Part shown: positions 39,343 to 49,339 of the stretch, piece after piece | How positions within the stretch are numbered: position 1 is the stretch's first letter | Layout of the letters: each line of letters begins with the position of its first letter | From: an uncultured Nitrososphaerota archaeon | GTDB lineage: Archaea; Korarchaeota; Korarchaeia; Korarchaeales; Korarchaeaceae | DNA length: 64,000 bases | Direction: 5' to 3' | NCBI GenBank assembly: GCA_964594835.1 | Contig: CAZQNA010000001.1 | Coordinates: forward strand, 32,001-96,000 | Notes under the pieces: model-generated | What the model was told of the DNA's origin: nothing | Database searches by the model: none | What the model saw: only the letters and a program-made list of their open reading frames with translations | Program-made: the position numbers and the translations under genes

Positions 39343-40581
39343 TTGGAGGATCTTCTGAGGAGGCTGATCTCCGGGGAGATAAAGCTCAGGGAGCTTGACT
39401 CGGAGCTGGGGGACTCAAACGCCGCGGCCGACGTGAGGCTGTCCTTCCTGGAGAGGGTTACCGGGGCGGACCTGGGGCCCCTCCGGAGGGGCAGACTCGA
39501 CTTCAACAGGCTGGTGGGCTGGAACATCGAGAACCCGGTCGGAGAGGTCAGCGTCCCCGTGGGGGTCGTCGGCCCCCTGTGGGTAGAGGGAGACTACGCC
39601 AGGGGCACCTTCTACCCCCTGCTCGCAACCACCGAGGGTGCCCTCGTGGCGTCGGTGAACAGGGGGGCGACGACGATCACGATGGCGGGGGGCGCCAGGA
39701 CAAAGGTGCTACGTGACGGCATGGCCCGCGCGCCCACCTTCGTGGCGCCCAACGCGTCCAGGGCGGCCGAGCTGGCCGAGTGGGCCGTGAAGAACGTGGA
39801 TTTGCTCGCCGAGTGGGTCCGGGAGGTCACGCGGCACGGGAGGCTGAGGCAGGTCCAGCCCCTCCAGGCTGGTAGGACCGTGTACCTCAGGCTCGTTTTT
39901 GAGACCGGTGACGCCATGGGGATGAACATGGTGACCCTTTCGGCCGACAGGATAGTCAGGGGGATAGCAGAGTTCTTCCCCGACGTCGACCCGGTGGCGC
40001 TTAGCGGAAACGTGTGCTCGGACAAGAAGGCCGCGGCCGTGAACTGGATAAACGGTCGGGGAAAGACCGTCGTGGCCGAGGCCTTCATCCCGGGGGAACT
40101 CGTGCGAAGGAGGTTGAAGACCACCCCTGACAGGCTGGTTGAGGTCGGCTGGAGGAAGAACCAGCTCGGCTCCTCCGTCGCGGGAACCCTCGGGGGGTTC
40201 AACGCCAACGCGGCCAACGTCGTCGCGGCCATGTTCATAGCCTACGGACAGGACCCCGCGCAGGTGGTGGAGTCCAGCACCGGGATCACGACGGTCGAGC
40301 GGTGGGAGGGAGGGGTCTACGTGTCCCTGACCCTCCCGTCCCTGGAGGTCGGCACGGTGGGTGGGGGCACCAGGTTGCCCTACGCGAGGGCCGCCCTAGA
40401 GGCGCTCGGCTGCGCCGGAGGCGGGGATCCGCCGGGATCCAACGCCAGGAAGTTCGCCGAGATAGTGGCCGCCACGGCGCTGGCGGGGGAGCTCTCCCTC
40501 CTCGCATCTCTGGCGGAGGGATCGCTCGCCCGAAGTCACGCGAGGCTGGGCAGGGGAGGCTCGCCGAGCGGAAGGCGATAA
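39343..40581 (+). CDS. hmgA: HMG-CoA reductase (class I, NADPH)
   Basis: ATTEGALVASVNRG, DAMGMNM, SGNVCSDKK, GQDPAQ, VGTVGGGT. Confidence 0.95.
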   Translation: MEDLLRRLISGEIKLRELDSELGDSNAAADVRLSFLERVTGADLGPLRRGRLDFNRLVGWNIENPVGEVSVPVGVVGPLWVEGDYARGTFYPLLATTEGALVASVNRGATTITMAGGARTKVLRDGMARAPTFVAPNASRAAELAEWAVKNVDLLAEWVREVTRHGRLRQVQPLQAGRTVYLRLVFETGDAMGMNMVTLSADRIVRGIAEFFPDVDPVALSGNVCSDKKAAAVNWINGRGKTVVAEAFIPGELVRRRLKTTPDRLVEVGWRKNQLGSSVAGTLGGFNANAANVVAAMFIAYGQDPAQVVESSTGITTVERWEGGVYVSLTLPSLEVGTVGGGTRLPYARAALEALGCAGGGDPPGSNARKFAEIVAATALAGELSLLASLAEGSLARSHARLGRGGSPSGRR

Positions 40582-40608
40582 CCGACACCGTTTTTGTTGA
40601 CCGAGGGA

Positions 40609-41964
40609 ATGGCCGTTGGGATGAGCCTCTCCTACTCGGGTAGGGCCAGGGACCTGCTGGAGTCGGCCGGAGCCAGGGACTACGACCTGCTGAGGATTTC
40701 GGCTGGGAACAGGGTCTACGAGGGCATCCTCATGCCGAGGCCCGAGATCTTGGACGACAGGCACGTGGTCCTCAAGCTCGCGAACGGCTACAACGTCGGG
40801 ATAGACGTCGAGAGGATCTCCTCCGTTGAGGTTCTCGGGAGGGCGAAGCCGCCCGAGAGGCCCTCTCCCCCAAGGGTTCCACCGAGGGAGGGCCTGCCAT
40901 CCGTCCCCATCGTGGTGACGGGCGGCACCATAGCCTCCAGGGTGGACTACTCCACAGGGGCGGTAAAGCCGACGGAGACCCCGGAGGAGCTGATAGACCT
41001 CATACCGGAGATCGCGGAGCTGGCGAACGTCTCCTACGTGCCCCTGATGGCAAAGCTGAGCGAGGACATCACGCCGGATGAGTGGGGCAGGATAGCCGAG
41101 AGGGTCGCCGAGGAGCTCAACTCCGGGGCCAGCGGCGTCGTGGTGGCCCACGGTACGGACACCATGCACTACACCGCCTCGGCGCTGGCCTTCATGCTGG
41201 AGGGCCTGACGGGGCCCGTTGTCCTGGTGGGCTCTCAGAGGTCGATAGACCGGCCCAGTACGGACGCGGTCCTGAACGTCGCCTCTGCCGTCAGGGTCGC
41301 GGCCGAGGGGCCCATGGCGGAGTCCGTGATAGTCATGCACGGCAGCACCTCCGACGACTTCGCGTGGGTGATCAGGGGGGTCAGGGCAAGGAAGATGCAC
41401 ACCTCCCGGAGGGACGCCTTCATCTCGGTGAACGAGCCCCCCCTGGCCAAGGTGACGGAGGGGGGGATAGAGGTGCTGAACCCCAGGTTCAGGGCCAGGC
41501 CGGGCGAGCCCGGTGATGTCGTGGCGAGGACCGAGATAGAGCCTCGCGTGGCCCTGATTCACGCATGGCCGGGGATAGAGCGAGGTCTCCTGGAGGCCGT
41601 CGCCTCGATCGGCTACAGGGGCATCGTGATGGCCGGAACCGGCCTCGGACACGTCCCCAACAGGGTGATCGAGGAGATAGGGTCGATCGTGGACTCCGGA
41701 GTCCCGGTGGTGGTGACGTCTCAGTGCCTCTTTGGGAGGGTGGACCTGAAGGTCTACTCCACGGGCAGGAGGATGCTCCAGGCCGGGGTGATACCGGCGG
41801 CCGACACGCTCCCGGAGGTGGCCACCGTGAAGCTCATGGTGGCCCTGGGCAGGGGTATGGAGGGCGAGGACCTCCGGAGGTTCATGACCACCAGCCAGGT
41901 GGGAGAGCTGACCGAGACCATCAGCCCGGCGGCCTACCCGCCCTGCTTCTCGGGAGGTGCCTGA
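40609..41964 (+). CDS. gatD: Glu-tRNA(Gln) amidotransferase subunit D
   Basis: TGGTIASRVDY, HGTDTM, GSQRS.DRP, KMHTSRRDAF. Confidence 0.95.
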   Translation: MAVGMSLSYSGRARDLLESAGARDYDLLRISAGNRVYEGILMPRPEILDDRHVVLKLANGYNVGIDVERISSVEVLGRAKPPERPSPPRVPPREGLPSVPIVVTGGTIASRVDYSTGAVKPTETPEELIDLIPEIAELANVSYVPLMAKLSEDITPDEWGRIAERVAEELNSGASGVVVAHGTDTMHYTASALAFMLEGLTGPVVLVGSQRSIDRPSTDAVLNVASAVRVAAEGPMAESVIVMHGSTSDDFAWVIRGVRARKMHTSRRDAFISVNEPPLAKVTEGGIEVLNPRFRARPGEPGDVVARTEIEPRVALIHAWPGIERGLLEAVASIGYRGIVMAGTGLGHVPNRVIEEIGSIVDSGVPVVVTSQCLFGRVDLKVYSTGRRMLQAGVIPAADTLPEVATVKLMVALGRGMEGEDLRRFMTTSQVGELTETISPAAYPPCFSGGA

Positions 41965-43885
41965 CTTGGCCGACCTGGACTATCGAGACCTGGGCCTCAG
42001 GGTCGGGATAGAGATCCACCAGAGGCTGGCCACTAGGGAGAAGCTGTTCTGCCACTGTCCCCCCATCATGAGGCACGACGAGCCCCACATGTGGGTCAGG
42101 AGGAGGCTGAGGGTATCCTACAGCGAGCTGGGCTCAATAGACCCGGCCGCCAGGTTCGAGACGCTGAGGGCCAGGGTTTTCGAGTACGGCGTCTACTCCG
42201 ACACGACCTGTGAGGTGGAGCTGGACGAGGCCCCTCCCCTCCCCCTCAACAGGGAGGCCCTCGAGGTGGCGGTGGAGGTCGCCCTCATGCTGAACATGGA
42301 CGTGGTGGACGAGGTCCACGTCATGAGGAAGATCGTCGTGGACGGTAGCAACACGACGGGATTTCAGCGGACGGCCCTGGTGGCCCTCGGGAGCGAGGAC
42401 AGCTCGATAGATACCTCGGAGGGCAGAGTGGGCCTCTCCACACTTTGTCTGGAGGAGGAGTCGGCGTACATCGTGGAGACCACGCCCAGCGGAGCCCGGT
42501 ACAGGCTCGACAGGCTTGGGATACCCCTCATCGAGCTGGCCACCGAGGCCGACATAGGGTCCCCGGACCAGGCGAGGGAGGCGGCGCTCAAGCTCGGCCG
42601 GGTGCTGAGGGCCACGGGCAGGGTTCAGAGGGGGATTGGGAGCATAAGGCAGGACCTCAACGTGAGCGTCGAGGGCGGGGCCAGGCAGGAGATCAAGGGG
42701 GTTCAGGAGCTCGACCTGATCAGCGAGGTCGTGAGGAGGGAGGCCCGCAGGCAGGTGAGCCTGCTGGAGATCCGGGACGAGATGGCCTCGAGGGGGTTGT
42801 CCCCCTCGTCGTTCGAGGGCCTCGACGCCCTGGACGTAACTAAGCTCCTGGAGGGGTCCAGCTCCAAGCTGGTCCGACGCGCGCTGTCTTCGGGGTCGCG
42901 AGCCCTCCTGCTACCCCTGCCGGGGATGGGCGGCCTGCTGGGGAGGGAGGTTCAGCCCAACCGGAGGTTCGGCACGGAGCTCTCGGACTACGCCAAGGTC
43001 TTCGGGGGGGTAGCGGGCATACTCCACTCCGACGAGCTGCCGGGATACGGGATCACGGAGCGGGAGGTGGCCTCCCTCTACGCAGAGGCTGGACTCGACG
43101 GGTCAGATGCCTTCGTCCTCGTTCTGGCCTCAGGAGAGAGGGCCAAGCTGGCGCTGGACGCGGTCAGGAAGAGGGTGGCGCAGGCGGCGGTCGGGGTGCC
43201 GGAGGAGACTAGGAGGGCCCTGCCAGACGGGAACACGGCATTCATGAGGCCCCTTCCGGGGTCCGCCAGGATGTACCCGGAGACCGACGTGCTGCCCGTG
43301 GATACCGGCCCCATAGTCGCGGAGGTCACGGCCAGGGGACTCCCCGAGATGCCCGACAGGGTGGTCTCCAGGCTGATCGCCCGGTACGGCCTCACCGAGG
43401 ACCTGGCAAACATGCTGCTGGACGACGGGCGCATCTCACAGTTTGAGAGGGTGGCCTCGTCCATCTCTGGCCTGCCCCCCAGGTTCATAGCGTCCACCCT
43501 CACGTCGACGCTCCGGGGGCTGGCGGGAGAGGGCGTCGACGTTCACAGGATACCTGACCCGTCCCTCGAGACCACCCTCAGGCTGGTTGCCGAGGGCCGG
43601 CTCGCCAAGGAGGCCATCCCGGAGATCCTGAGGAGGCTGGCCGAGGACCCGGATCTGGACCCCTCCGACCTGGCCGCCAGCCTCACCATGAGCGAAGAGG
43701 AACTGGATGAGGTGATCGGGAGGGTCCTGGAGGAGGAGCGAGACGTCGTGATGAGGGTGGGGATGCGGGCCTTCGGCAGGCTCATGGGCAGGGTGATGTC
43801 GATCGTTCGCGGCAGGATAGACGGGGCCATCGTCAGCAGGAAGCTCAGGGAGGCCATCAGGGAGGCGGCGGGCGATCAGAAGTAG
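41957..43885 (+). CDS. gatE: Glu-tRNA(Gln) amidotransferase subunit E
   Basis: GIEIHQRL, MRKIVVDGSNTTGFQRT, RPLPGSARMYPETD. Confidence 0.96.
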   Translation: MPDLADLDYRDLGLRVGIEIHQRLATREKLFCHCPPIMRHDEPHMWVRRRLRVSYSELGSIDPAARFETLRARVFEYGVYSDTTCEVELDEAPPLPLNREALEVAVEVALMLNMDVVDEVHVMRKIVVDGSNTTGFQRTALVALGSEDSSIDTSEGRVGLSTLCLEEESAYIVETTPSGARYRLDRLGIPLIELATEADIGSPDQAREAALKLGRVLRATGRVQRGIGSIRQDLNVSVEGGARQEIKGVQELDLISEVVRREARRQVSLLEIRDEMASRGLSPSSFEGLDALDVTKLLEGSSSKLVRRALSSGSRALLLPLPGMGGLLGREVQPNRRFGTELSDYAKVFGGVAGILHSDELPGYGITEREVASLYAEAGLDGSDAFVLVLASGERAKLALDAVRKRVAQAAVGVPEETRRALPDGNTAFMRPLPGSARMYPETDVLPVDTGPIVAEVTARGLPEMPDRVVSRLIARYGLTEDLANMLLDDGRISQFERVASSISGLPPRFIASTLTSTLRGLAGEGVDVHRIPDPSLETTLRLVAEGRLAKEAIPEILRRLAEDPDLDPSDLAASLTMSEEELDEVIGRVLEEERDVVMRVGMRAFGRLMGRVMSIVRGRIDGAIVSRKLREAIREAAGDQK

Positions 43886-46428
43886 GCTGCCAGCCCCTCC
43901 TCGGACACGCCGCCGGCGACCTCGTCGAAGTCTATCCCGAGCACGTCCAGTATCTGCTCGAAGGTCGTCTTCATTATCTCCATGTACTTCTGGACGTCTA
44001 CCTCCTCCCTCCTCGCCAGAGAGACCGGCTTCACTCCCTGACGACCGGTGGTCTTCACGAACTCTATCACGGTCCCGGGGTAGACCCTGACGCCCCTTGC
44101 CTCGAGCATCCGGGCCGCCTTGACGTGCTGGGGGGTGGTCTTCACGTAGGACCTAAGGGGCTTGGTCAGGACCATCCTGAACGAGACCTCCTCGAGGCTG
44201 AACTCCCTGCGCTTGAGCCTGTTCACGTACTCCCTGATCTTCTCTTTGATCTCTCTCCTGGCGTTTTCAAAGTCCTCGGGATCCTGGACCGACCTGAGGA
44301 TGTCTATGACCTCGGCGAAGGCCCTCCTTATCAGGTCCGGGACGTTCCGCTTCTTGCCGAGGAGGCCCTTGATGTCCACCGTCCCGTCGTCCCTCACCCC
44401 GAGGTAGTTCTTCTTCAGCCTCGACAGGATCACGTACCGGTAGTGCTTCTCCAGCTCTATGTCTATCCCGAGTTCCTCCTCGACGCGACGCTCAAGCGCC
44501 CTGAGCTCGCCTCTGAGGGCCCCCTTTATGAACAGGGAGTCCGTGTCCCCGTAGACCACGTTGAGCCCCAGGTCCCTGGCTATCCTCAGGGCGGTGACCA
44601 TCGCCTTCCGCGCCAGGGCCGTTATCATCTCGGCCGCCGGGGGGGAGTAGAGTGGGAAGTTCTCGTACCCGAAGACGCCGTAGGAGGCGTTCAACAGGAC
44701 CTTTAGACCGCTCTGGACCACGTCGTACCACCGCCTCTGCTCCTCGGGGAGGCTCTGGTCCTTGGCCAGCCTCTTGTACCGCCCAACCCTAAGGTCCCTC
44801 AGGACCCCGATCAGCCTCGGGACGAGGCCCACCTCCTCGTGCGTGCAGATCCAGTGAGGGAGTCCCTCGGCCGGCCTATTCGAGCGGCACTCCTCGTGCG
44901 GGCAGTTCACCGTCTCGAAGCTGACCCTCCAGCGGGCTATTATGCTGGGGTAGAGGCTGGCGAAGTCCATGACGTGGACGTCGAAGTGGACGCCCGGCAC
45001 CGGCTCGAGCACTATGGCCCCCATGTACTTCTTCCCCTTGATCAGCGCCCGGCTGTAGGTCTCAGCTCCCCTGACCAGCACTATCTCCTCCTTGTTTGGG
45101 ATGAGCCACCCCCTCCTCCTGTACTCGAAGTAGATCATGTTCTTGATCCACTGGGATATCCCGAGCCTGGAGACGTCCTCCAGCGGGAGCTTGCTCAGCC
45201 TGGAGAACAGCATGAGGAGCTCAATCAACCTGCCGTCGAGGACGTTCCCAAGCATGTACGTGATCTTGGCGTCCCTGTAGCAGTAGCTGGCCAGCTTGGC
45301 GGTCCCTATGGAGGTGAAGTCCCTCCCGACCTCGAGCTTCCCCACCCCCACGACGGCCTGGGCTATCTCGTCGAGCGTGGTCCCGAGGTACTTCCCCCCG
45401 AAGATGTAGACCTGAACGGAGCGGTTGCTGTACAGCTGGTAGAGGTCGATGTGGACCCCCGTGTCCAGCAGGGCTCTATCACGCTCGAGCCTAATGGGCT
45501 TCGGGCTCACTCCAAGCTCCTGAGCCCTCCTGGCCAGGTAGGGCATGTCGAACCCGTCGCCGTTGAACGTGAACACGATCGGGTATCTGGAGATCTTGTC
45601 GAGGATCGTCCTGATGAGCTCGGCCTCGCTCTCGTGGACCACGACTCTGGCCTCGTCTATCCGGTCGGGGACCTCCGACGAGCCCCGCCTCAGGAGGTGA
45701 ACCTCGTTCTCCTCCTCTCCAGCCAGCGCCGCGGCGATGACCGGGTGCTTAACCTCCTTGGCGGACGGGATCTGGTTCTCGGCGGCAGCGACCTCTATGT
45801 CGACGGCCACGCCCCTCATCCTGGGGGCCCTGATCTCCAGGATCCTTCCGAGGTCCTCCAGAAGGCGGCGGCTGGTCTCGTCTGTGGCCGCATGCGGTAT
45901 CTCCGGGGCCCGCGATTCCTCCGGAACCAGGGGTTCTAGCCCACCGTCCTCCCTCACCCTGTACGGCAGCCCGGGGATCAGCCCGAGGTCGTAAATGTAG
46001 CTCTCGTAGTACTTGATGCGGGCCTCCCACACCTGTCGTCCGGACCTCTCTAGGAGGTCTCTCAGGCCGCCGCCCTTCTCTCCCCCGACCGCCAGGGGGT
46101 CCTTCGTCTCCACCTTCGTCAGGCGGGCCGCCCTCAGCCTGACTACGTCCCACCTCTCCACAGGGGCGTATCCCGAGATCCTGGCGGCCAGCCTCCCCGC
46201 GAGTTCCTGAATCTCCTCGGGGCTGGCGTCCGTGAGGAGGTAGGGCCTGTGGCCGGTCCAGTCGGGAACGTGGAAGACCTCTCCGCTCTCGGGGTCGTAC
46301 AACTTGGCGACGGCCCTCCTCTCGGAGCCCTCATAGTAGACCGACAGGAGGTACCCGACTCTCCCCGCGGAGGGCACCAATTGGGACGCCTCTCTTCGCG
46401 AAATCCCCGACGCCACAAGGCGAACCAT
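43876..46428 (-). CDS. polB1: Family B DNA polymerase, PolB1 type
   Basis: Exonuclease motifs DIE, FNGDGFD and YCYRDA; polymerase motifs DFASLYPSII, KVLLNASYG, YGDTDS, KKNY; TTPQHVKAA. Confidence 0.93.
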   Translation of the reverse strand: MVRLVASGISRREASQLVPSAGRVGYLLSVYYEGSERRAVAKLYDPESGEVFHVPDWTGHRPYLLTDASPEEIQELAGRLAARISGYAPVERWDVVRLRAARLTKVETKDPLAVGGEKGGGLRDLLERSGRQVWEARIKYYESYIYDLGLIPGLPYRVREDGGLEPLVPEESRAPEIPHAATDETSRRLLEDLGRILEIRAPRMRGVAVDIEVAAAENQIPSAKEVKHPVIAAALAGEEENEVHLLRRGSSEVPDRIDEARVVVHESEAELIRTILDKISRYPIVFTFNGDGFDMPYLARRAQELGVSPKPIRLERDRALLDTGVHIDLYQLYSNRSVQVYIFGGKYLGTTLDEIAQAVVGVGKLEVGRDFTSIGTAKLASYCYRDAKITYMLGNVLDGRLIELLMLFSRLSKLPLEDVSRLGISQWIKNMIYFEYRRRGWLIPNKEEIVLVRGAETYSRALIKGKKYMGAIVLEPVPGVHFDVHVMDFASLYPSIIARWRVSFETVNCPHEECRSNRPAEGLPHWICTHEEVGLVPRLIGVLRDLRVGRYKRLAKDQSLPEEQRRWYDVVQSGLKVLLNASYGVFGYENFPLYSPPAAEMITALARKAMVTALRIARDLGLNVVYGDTDSLFIKGALRGELRALERRVEEELGIDIELEKHYRYVILSRLKKNYLGVRDDGTVDIKGLLGKKRNVPDLIRRAFAEVIDILRSVQDPEDFENARREIKEKIREYVNRLKRREFSLEEVSFRMVLTKPLRSYVKTTPQHVKAARMLEARGVRVYPGTVIEFVKTTGRQGVKPVSLARREEVDVQKYMEIMKTTFEQILDVLGIDFDEVAGGVSEEGLAAYF

Positions 46429-46480
46429 GATTTAAATATCCTGCCGTCGGGAGCCCCGAGTCGAAGGAGGGCTGAGGAGG

Positions 46481-47506
46481 ATGGGAATAATCTCGCGGGC
46501 GGCGGCGACTGCGCTGATAGCCTTGATCACCCTTTCCACCCCCTACGTCAACTCGGTTCCGCCCATAGGAATGAAGACCCCGATGCCCGACGAGTCTGTC
46601 GTGACTGTGTTGCTGAACCCGGACTTCAGCGCGAACTTCTCCGGCCGCATCTACAGGGCGTTCTCCACCGTTGAGTTCAGCTACTACACGAGGAGGGGGG
46701 TCCCCCTTGCCATGGGAATAAGGTACGAGGGCTACATTGACCTCAAGAGGTCGGGTGACGCCCTTGAGGGCACATACCGCCTCTACGTGACGCCCAACCT
46801 CCCAGAGGGGGCGGACCCCGACCTGGCGATCCGGCTCCTGAACACCCTGCAGTCGATGGGGTCCCCGTACCTCTCCCTCCAGGAGCTGATGAAGACCCTG
46901 TTCGGCGAGGGCTTCCTGATGATCCCGAGGCCCACCCTGAAGACCGACCTGACGGTTACCTTCGCCAACCCGGTTACCGGGAAGAACCTGACCGGCAGGG
47001 GATTCACGGTCGAGGCGCCGGTGAGGAGCGAGACGCCCTTCCTCGAGGAGTACAGGGTACACTTCATCCTGCAGTCACCCAAGCCTCCAGTGAACCCCGG
47101 CTGGGTGGGCTACCTGTTCTACGAGGTCAGCGGGAAGACCGTTCGCTTCGAGTCCCCCTACCCCCTCAAGAGGGAGGGGCACGTGACCTCCCTGTATCTC
47201 GATCCCATAACCACGGCTCTCCCGAGGGGATCGCCGTACACCCTGATATTCACGGATGAGGTGCCGGGGCTGGTGGTCGTCGGAGCGGAGCCCAACCCAT
47301 TCGAGTTGACTCTGGACCAGGTCGTGTGGGAGGTGAGCGCGGCCGAGGACGTGGAGGGGGTGAGGGTGGACCTCGGGGAGCTGGAGGTCGGGGGGTTCGG
47401 ATCATCCGCGACCCTCTCGGGGGTGCTCCCCCTGATCCCTCCGCTGGCCGGGGCGGCCGCGCTGGCCTACGCGGCTCAGAGGAGGAGGAAGCGGAGGGCG
47501 GGATAG
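46481..47506 (+). CDS. Hypothetical secreted protein with a C-terminal membrane anchor
   Basis: N-terminal signal peptide, beta-rich body, C-terminal hydrophobic helix followed by RRRKRR. Confidence 0.7.
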   Translation: MGIISRAAATALIALITLSTPYVNSVPPIGMKTPMPDESVVTVLLNPDFSANFSGRIYRAFSTVEFSYYTRRGVPLAMGIRYEGYIDLKRSGDALEGTYRLYVTPNLPEGADPDLAIRLLNTLQSMGSPYLSLQELMKTLFGEGFLMIPRPTLKTDLTVTFANPVTGKNLTGRGFTVEAPVRSETPFLEEYRVHFILQSPKPPVNPGWVGYLFYEVSGKTVRFESPYPLKREGHVTSLYLDPITTALPRGSPYTLIFTDEVPGLVVVGAEPNPFELTLDQVVWEVSAAEDVEGVRVDLGELEVGGFGSSATLSGVLPLIPPLAGAAALAYAAQRRRKRRAG

Positions 47507-47577
47507 GCGGGGCCTCCCGGCCATGTTTAAATAACCTCGCCAAAAGGTGTGGGCGAAAGCCTAGAGGTGGTGGCCCA

Positions 47578-48042
47578 GTGCCTAACTTCGGTTACTCCTA
47601 CGCAGGGGAGCTCGCTGAAAACCAAGTGAGAGCTTCTGCCAGGGATCTGAGGGTCTCATTCAAGGAGATGGTCGAGCTTGCCCGCGAACTCAGGGGCAAG
47701 TCACTAGAGGATGCCCGCAGGGTGCTTGAGGACGTCATCGCCCTCAGGAGGCCAATCCCCTTCAGGAGGTACAAGAAGGGGGTGGGTCACAGGCGTCAGC
47801 TGCAGGGCTGGAAGGCGGGCAGGTATCCCGTGAAGGCCGCCAAGCTCGTGATGAAGCTGCTCAAGAGCGCGGAGGCCAACGCCGAGCAGAAGGGGCTCGA
47901 CACCGAGAGACTATTCATAAGGCACATAGCGGCCCAGCAGGGCCCGAAGCTCCGGAGGTTCTTTCCGAGGGCCTATGGGAGGGCCACCCCCAAGGTAGAG
48001 CAGCTGGTCCACGTGGAGGTGGTCCTGGAGGAGGGGGGGTGA
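47578..48042 (+). CDS. rpl22: 50S ribosomal protein L22
   Basis: VSFK, PIPFRRY, GRYPVKAA, NAEQKGLD, PRAYGRA. Confidence 0.95.
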   Translation: MPNFGYSYAGELAENQVRASARDLRVSFKEMVELARELRGKSLEDARRVLEDVIALRRPIPFRRYKKGVGHRRQLQGWKAGRYPVKAAKLVMKLLKSAEANAEQKGLDTERLFIRHIAAQQGPKLRRFFPRAYGRATPKVEQLVHVEVVLEEGG

Positions 48043-48049
48043 CCTGCGC

Positions 48050-48895
48050 TTGAGCGCCAAGGCGAGTCCAACCTACAAGAAGATAGTCGAGGAGGGTCTG
48101 ATAAAGGCCAGGGTGTACGAGTTCCTGCAAGGGGAGCTCGACAGGGCCGGTTTTCACGGGGCGAAGGTCGTAACCACGCCCGTGAGGGACGTCGTGACGC
48201 TCTACGTGGAGAGGCCGGGCCTCGTCATCGGTAGGGGTGGAAGGATAGCGAAGAGGCTGACGGAGATCCTCAAGAGGGAGTTCGGATTCCAAAACCCCTA
48301 CCTCAGGGTCGAGAAGGTCGAGCAGCCATTCCTGAGCGCCGGCATAGTTGCCAACTACATAGCCAGGAGGATAATGAGGGGAGAGCGCCACAAGAGGGCC
48401 GCCTTTGCCGCCCTGCGGAGGGTCATGGCGTCGGGCGCGAAGGGGGTCGAGATCAGGATAGCGGGGAAGTTCACCGGTCAGAGGGCTCGGGAGGAGAGGT
48501 TCAGGGCCGGCGTCATATACAGGTGCGGCGAGGAGCCCACGAGCTACGTTGACTACGCCGTCCGTCACGTGATGCTCCCCCAGGGGATGCTCGGGATCCG
48601 GGTGAGGATAGTTAGGCCCGTGGACGAGTCAACGATGCCGGACCAGGTCGTGGTCGTCCCCGAGAAGGTTGAGGAGCTTCTATCCGAGCTCTCTGGGGAG
48701 GCCCCCGGAGAGGCCGAGGAGGGTGCCGAGGTGCCCCCCGAACTCTTGGGGGAGGACGCGGGGGAGGAGAGCGACCGTCCCTCCGAGTCCGAGGAGGGCG
48801 AAGATGTGGAGGTGAGTGAGGCTGCCGTTGAGGAGCGAGACTCTGGAGGAGCTGAGGGGACTGCCGGAGGAGGAGCTGAGGAGGAGGCTCAGTGA
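48050..48895 (+). CDS. rps3: 30S ribosomal protein S3 with an acidic C-terminal extension
   Basis: RPGLVIGRGG KH domain, GAKGVEI.IAGK, GMLGIRVRI. Confidence 0.94.
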   Translation: MSAKASPTYKKIVEEGLIKARVYEFLQGELDRAGFHGAKVVTTPVRDVVTLYVERPGLVIGRGGRIAKRLTEILKREFGFQNPYLRVEKVEQPFLSAGIVANYIARRIMRGERHKRAAFAALRRVMASGAKGVEIRIAGKFTGQRAREERFRAGVIYRCGEEPTSYVDYAVRHVMLPQGMLGIRVRIVRPVDESTMPDQVVVVPEKVEELLSELSGEAPGEAEEGAEVPPELLGEDAGEESDRPSESEEGEDVEVSEAAVEERDSGGAEGTAGGGAEEEAQ

Positions 48896-49034
48896 CCTCA
48901 GGAGGGAGTACTTCGACCTCCAGGCCAAGCTGGCCGCGGGAGCTCCCCCCGAGCAGATACACAGGTTCAAGCAGGTTCGCAGGCAGATAGCCCGGCTGCT
49001 CACTGTGATGAGGGAGAGGGGGTTCCTGGCTTGA
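48816..49034 (+). CDS. rpl29: 50S ribosomal protein L29
   Basis: ELR...EEL..RL..LR.E, VRRQIARLLT; position between uS3 and Rpp29. Confidence 0.88.
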   Translation: MRLPLRSETLEELRGLPEEELRRRLSDLRREYFDLQAKLAAGAPPEQIHRFKQVRRQIARLLTVMRERGFLA

Positions 49035-49339
49035 TGAGATCGCTGGAAGAATTCTATCGTCGTGTCAGAGTCTCTAGAAAGCCCTCCGACATCCTCTACC
49101 ACGAGTTGATAGGCCTCAGGGTGGAGGTGGAGTCGTCCCCCGACCCGGACCAGGTGGGGCTCTCTGGCGTCGTCGTGGATGAGACCAGCGGCTTGCTGGT
49201 GGTAGAGACGTCCCTCGGCCCCCGAATGGTGCCGAAGTCACACAGAGTGTTTTTGTTCACCCTGCCCTCGGGCAGGAGGGTCAGGGTCATGGGCGACAGG
49301 CTGGTGGGAAGACCGGAGGAGAGGGTGAAGAGGATATGA
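49031..49339 (+). CDS. rnp1: RNase P protein component 1 (Rpp29/Pop4)
   Basis: HELIGLRVEV, G.VVDET, VPK, L.GRPEER. Confidence 0.92.
   Translation: MMRSLEEFYRRVRVSRKPSDILYHELIGLRVEVESSPDPDQVGLSGVVVDETSGLLVVETSLGPRMVPKSHRVFLFTLPSGRRVRVMGDRLVGRPEERVKRI

Noticed and set aside
43876-46428. Intein in PolB1
   Set aside because: Length (850 aa) and motif spacing are normal, and no intein terminal motifs were seen.
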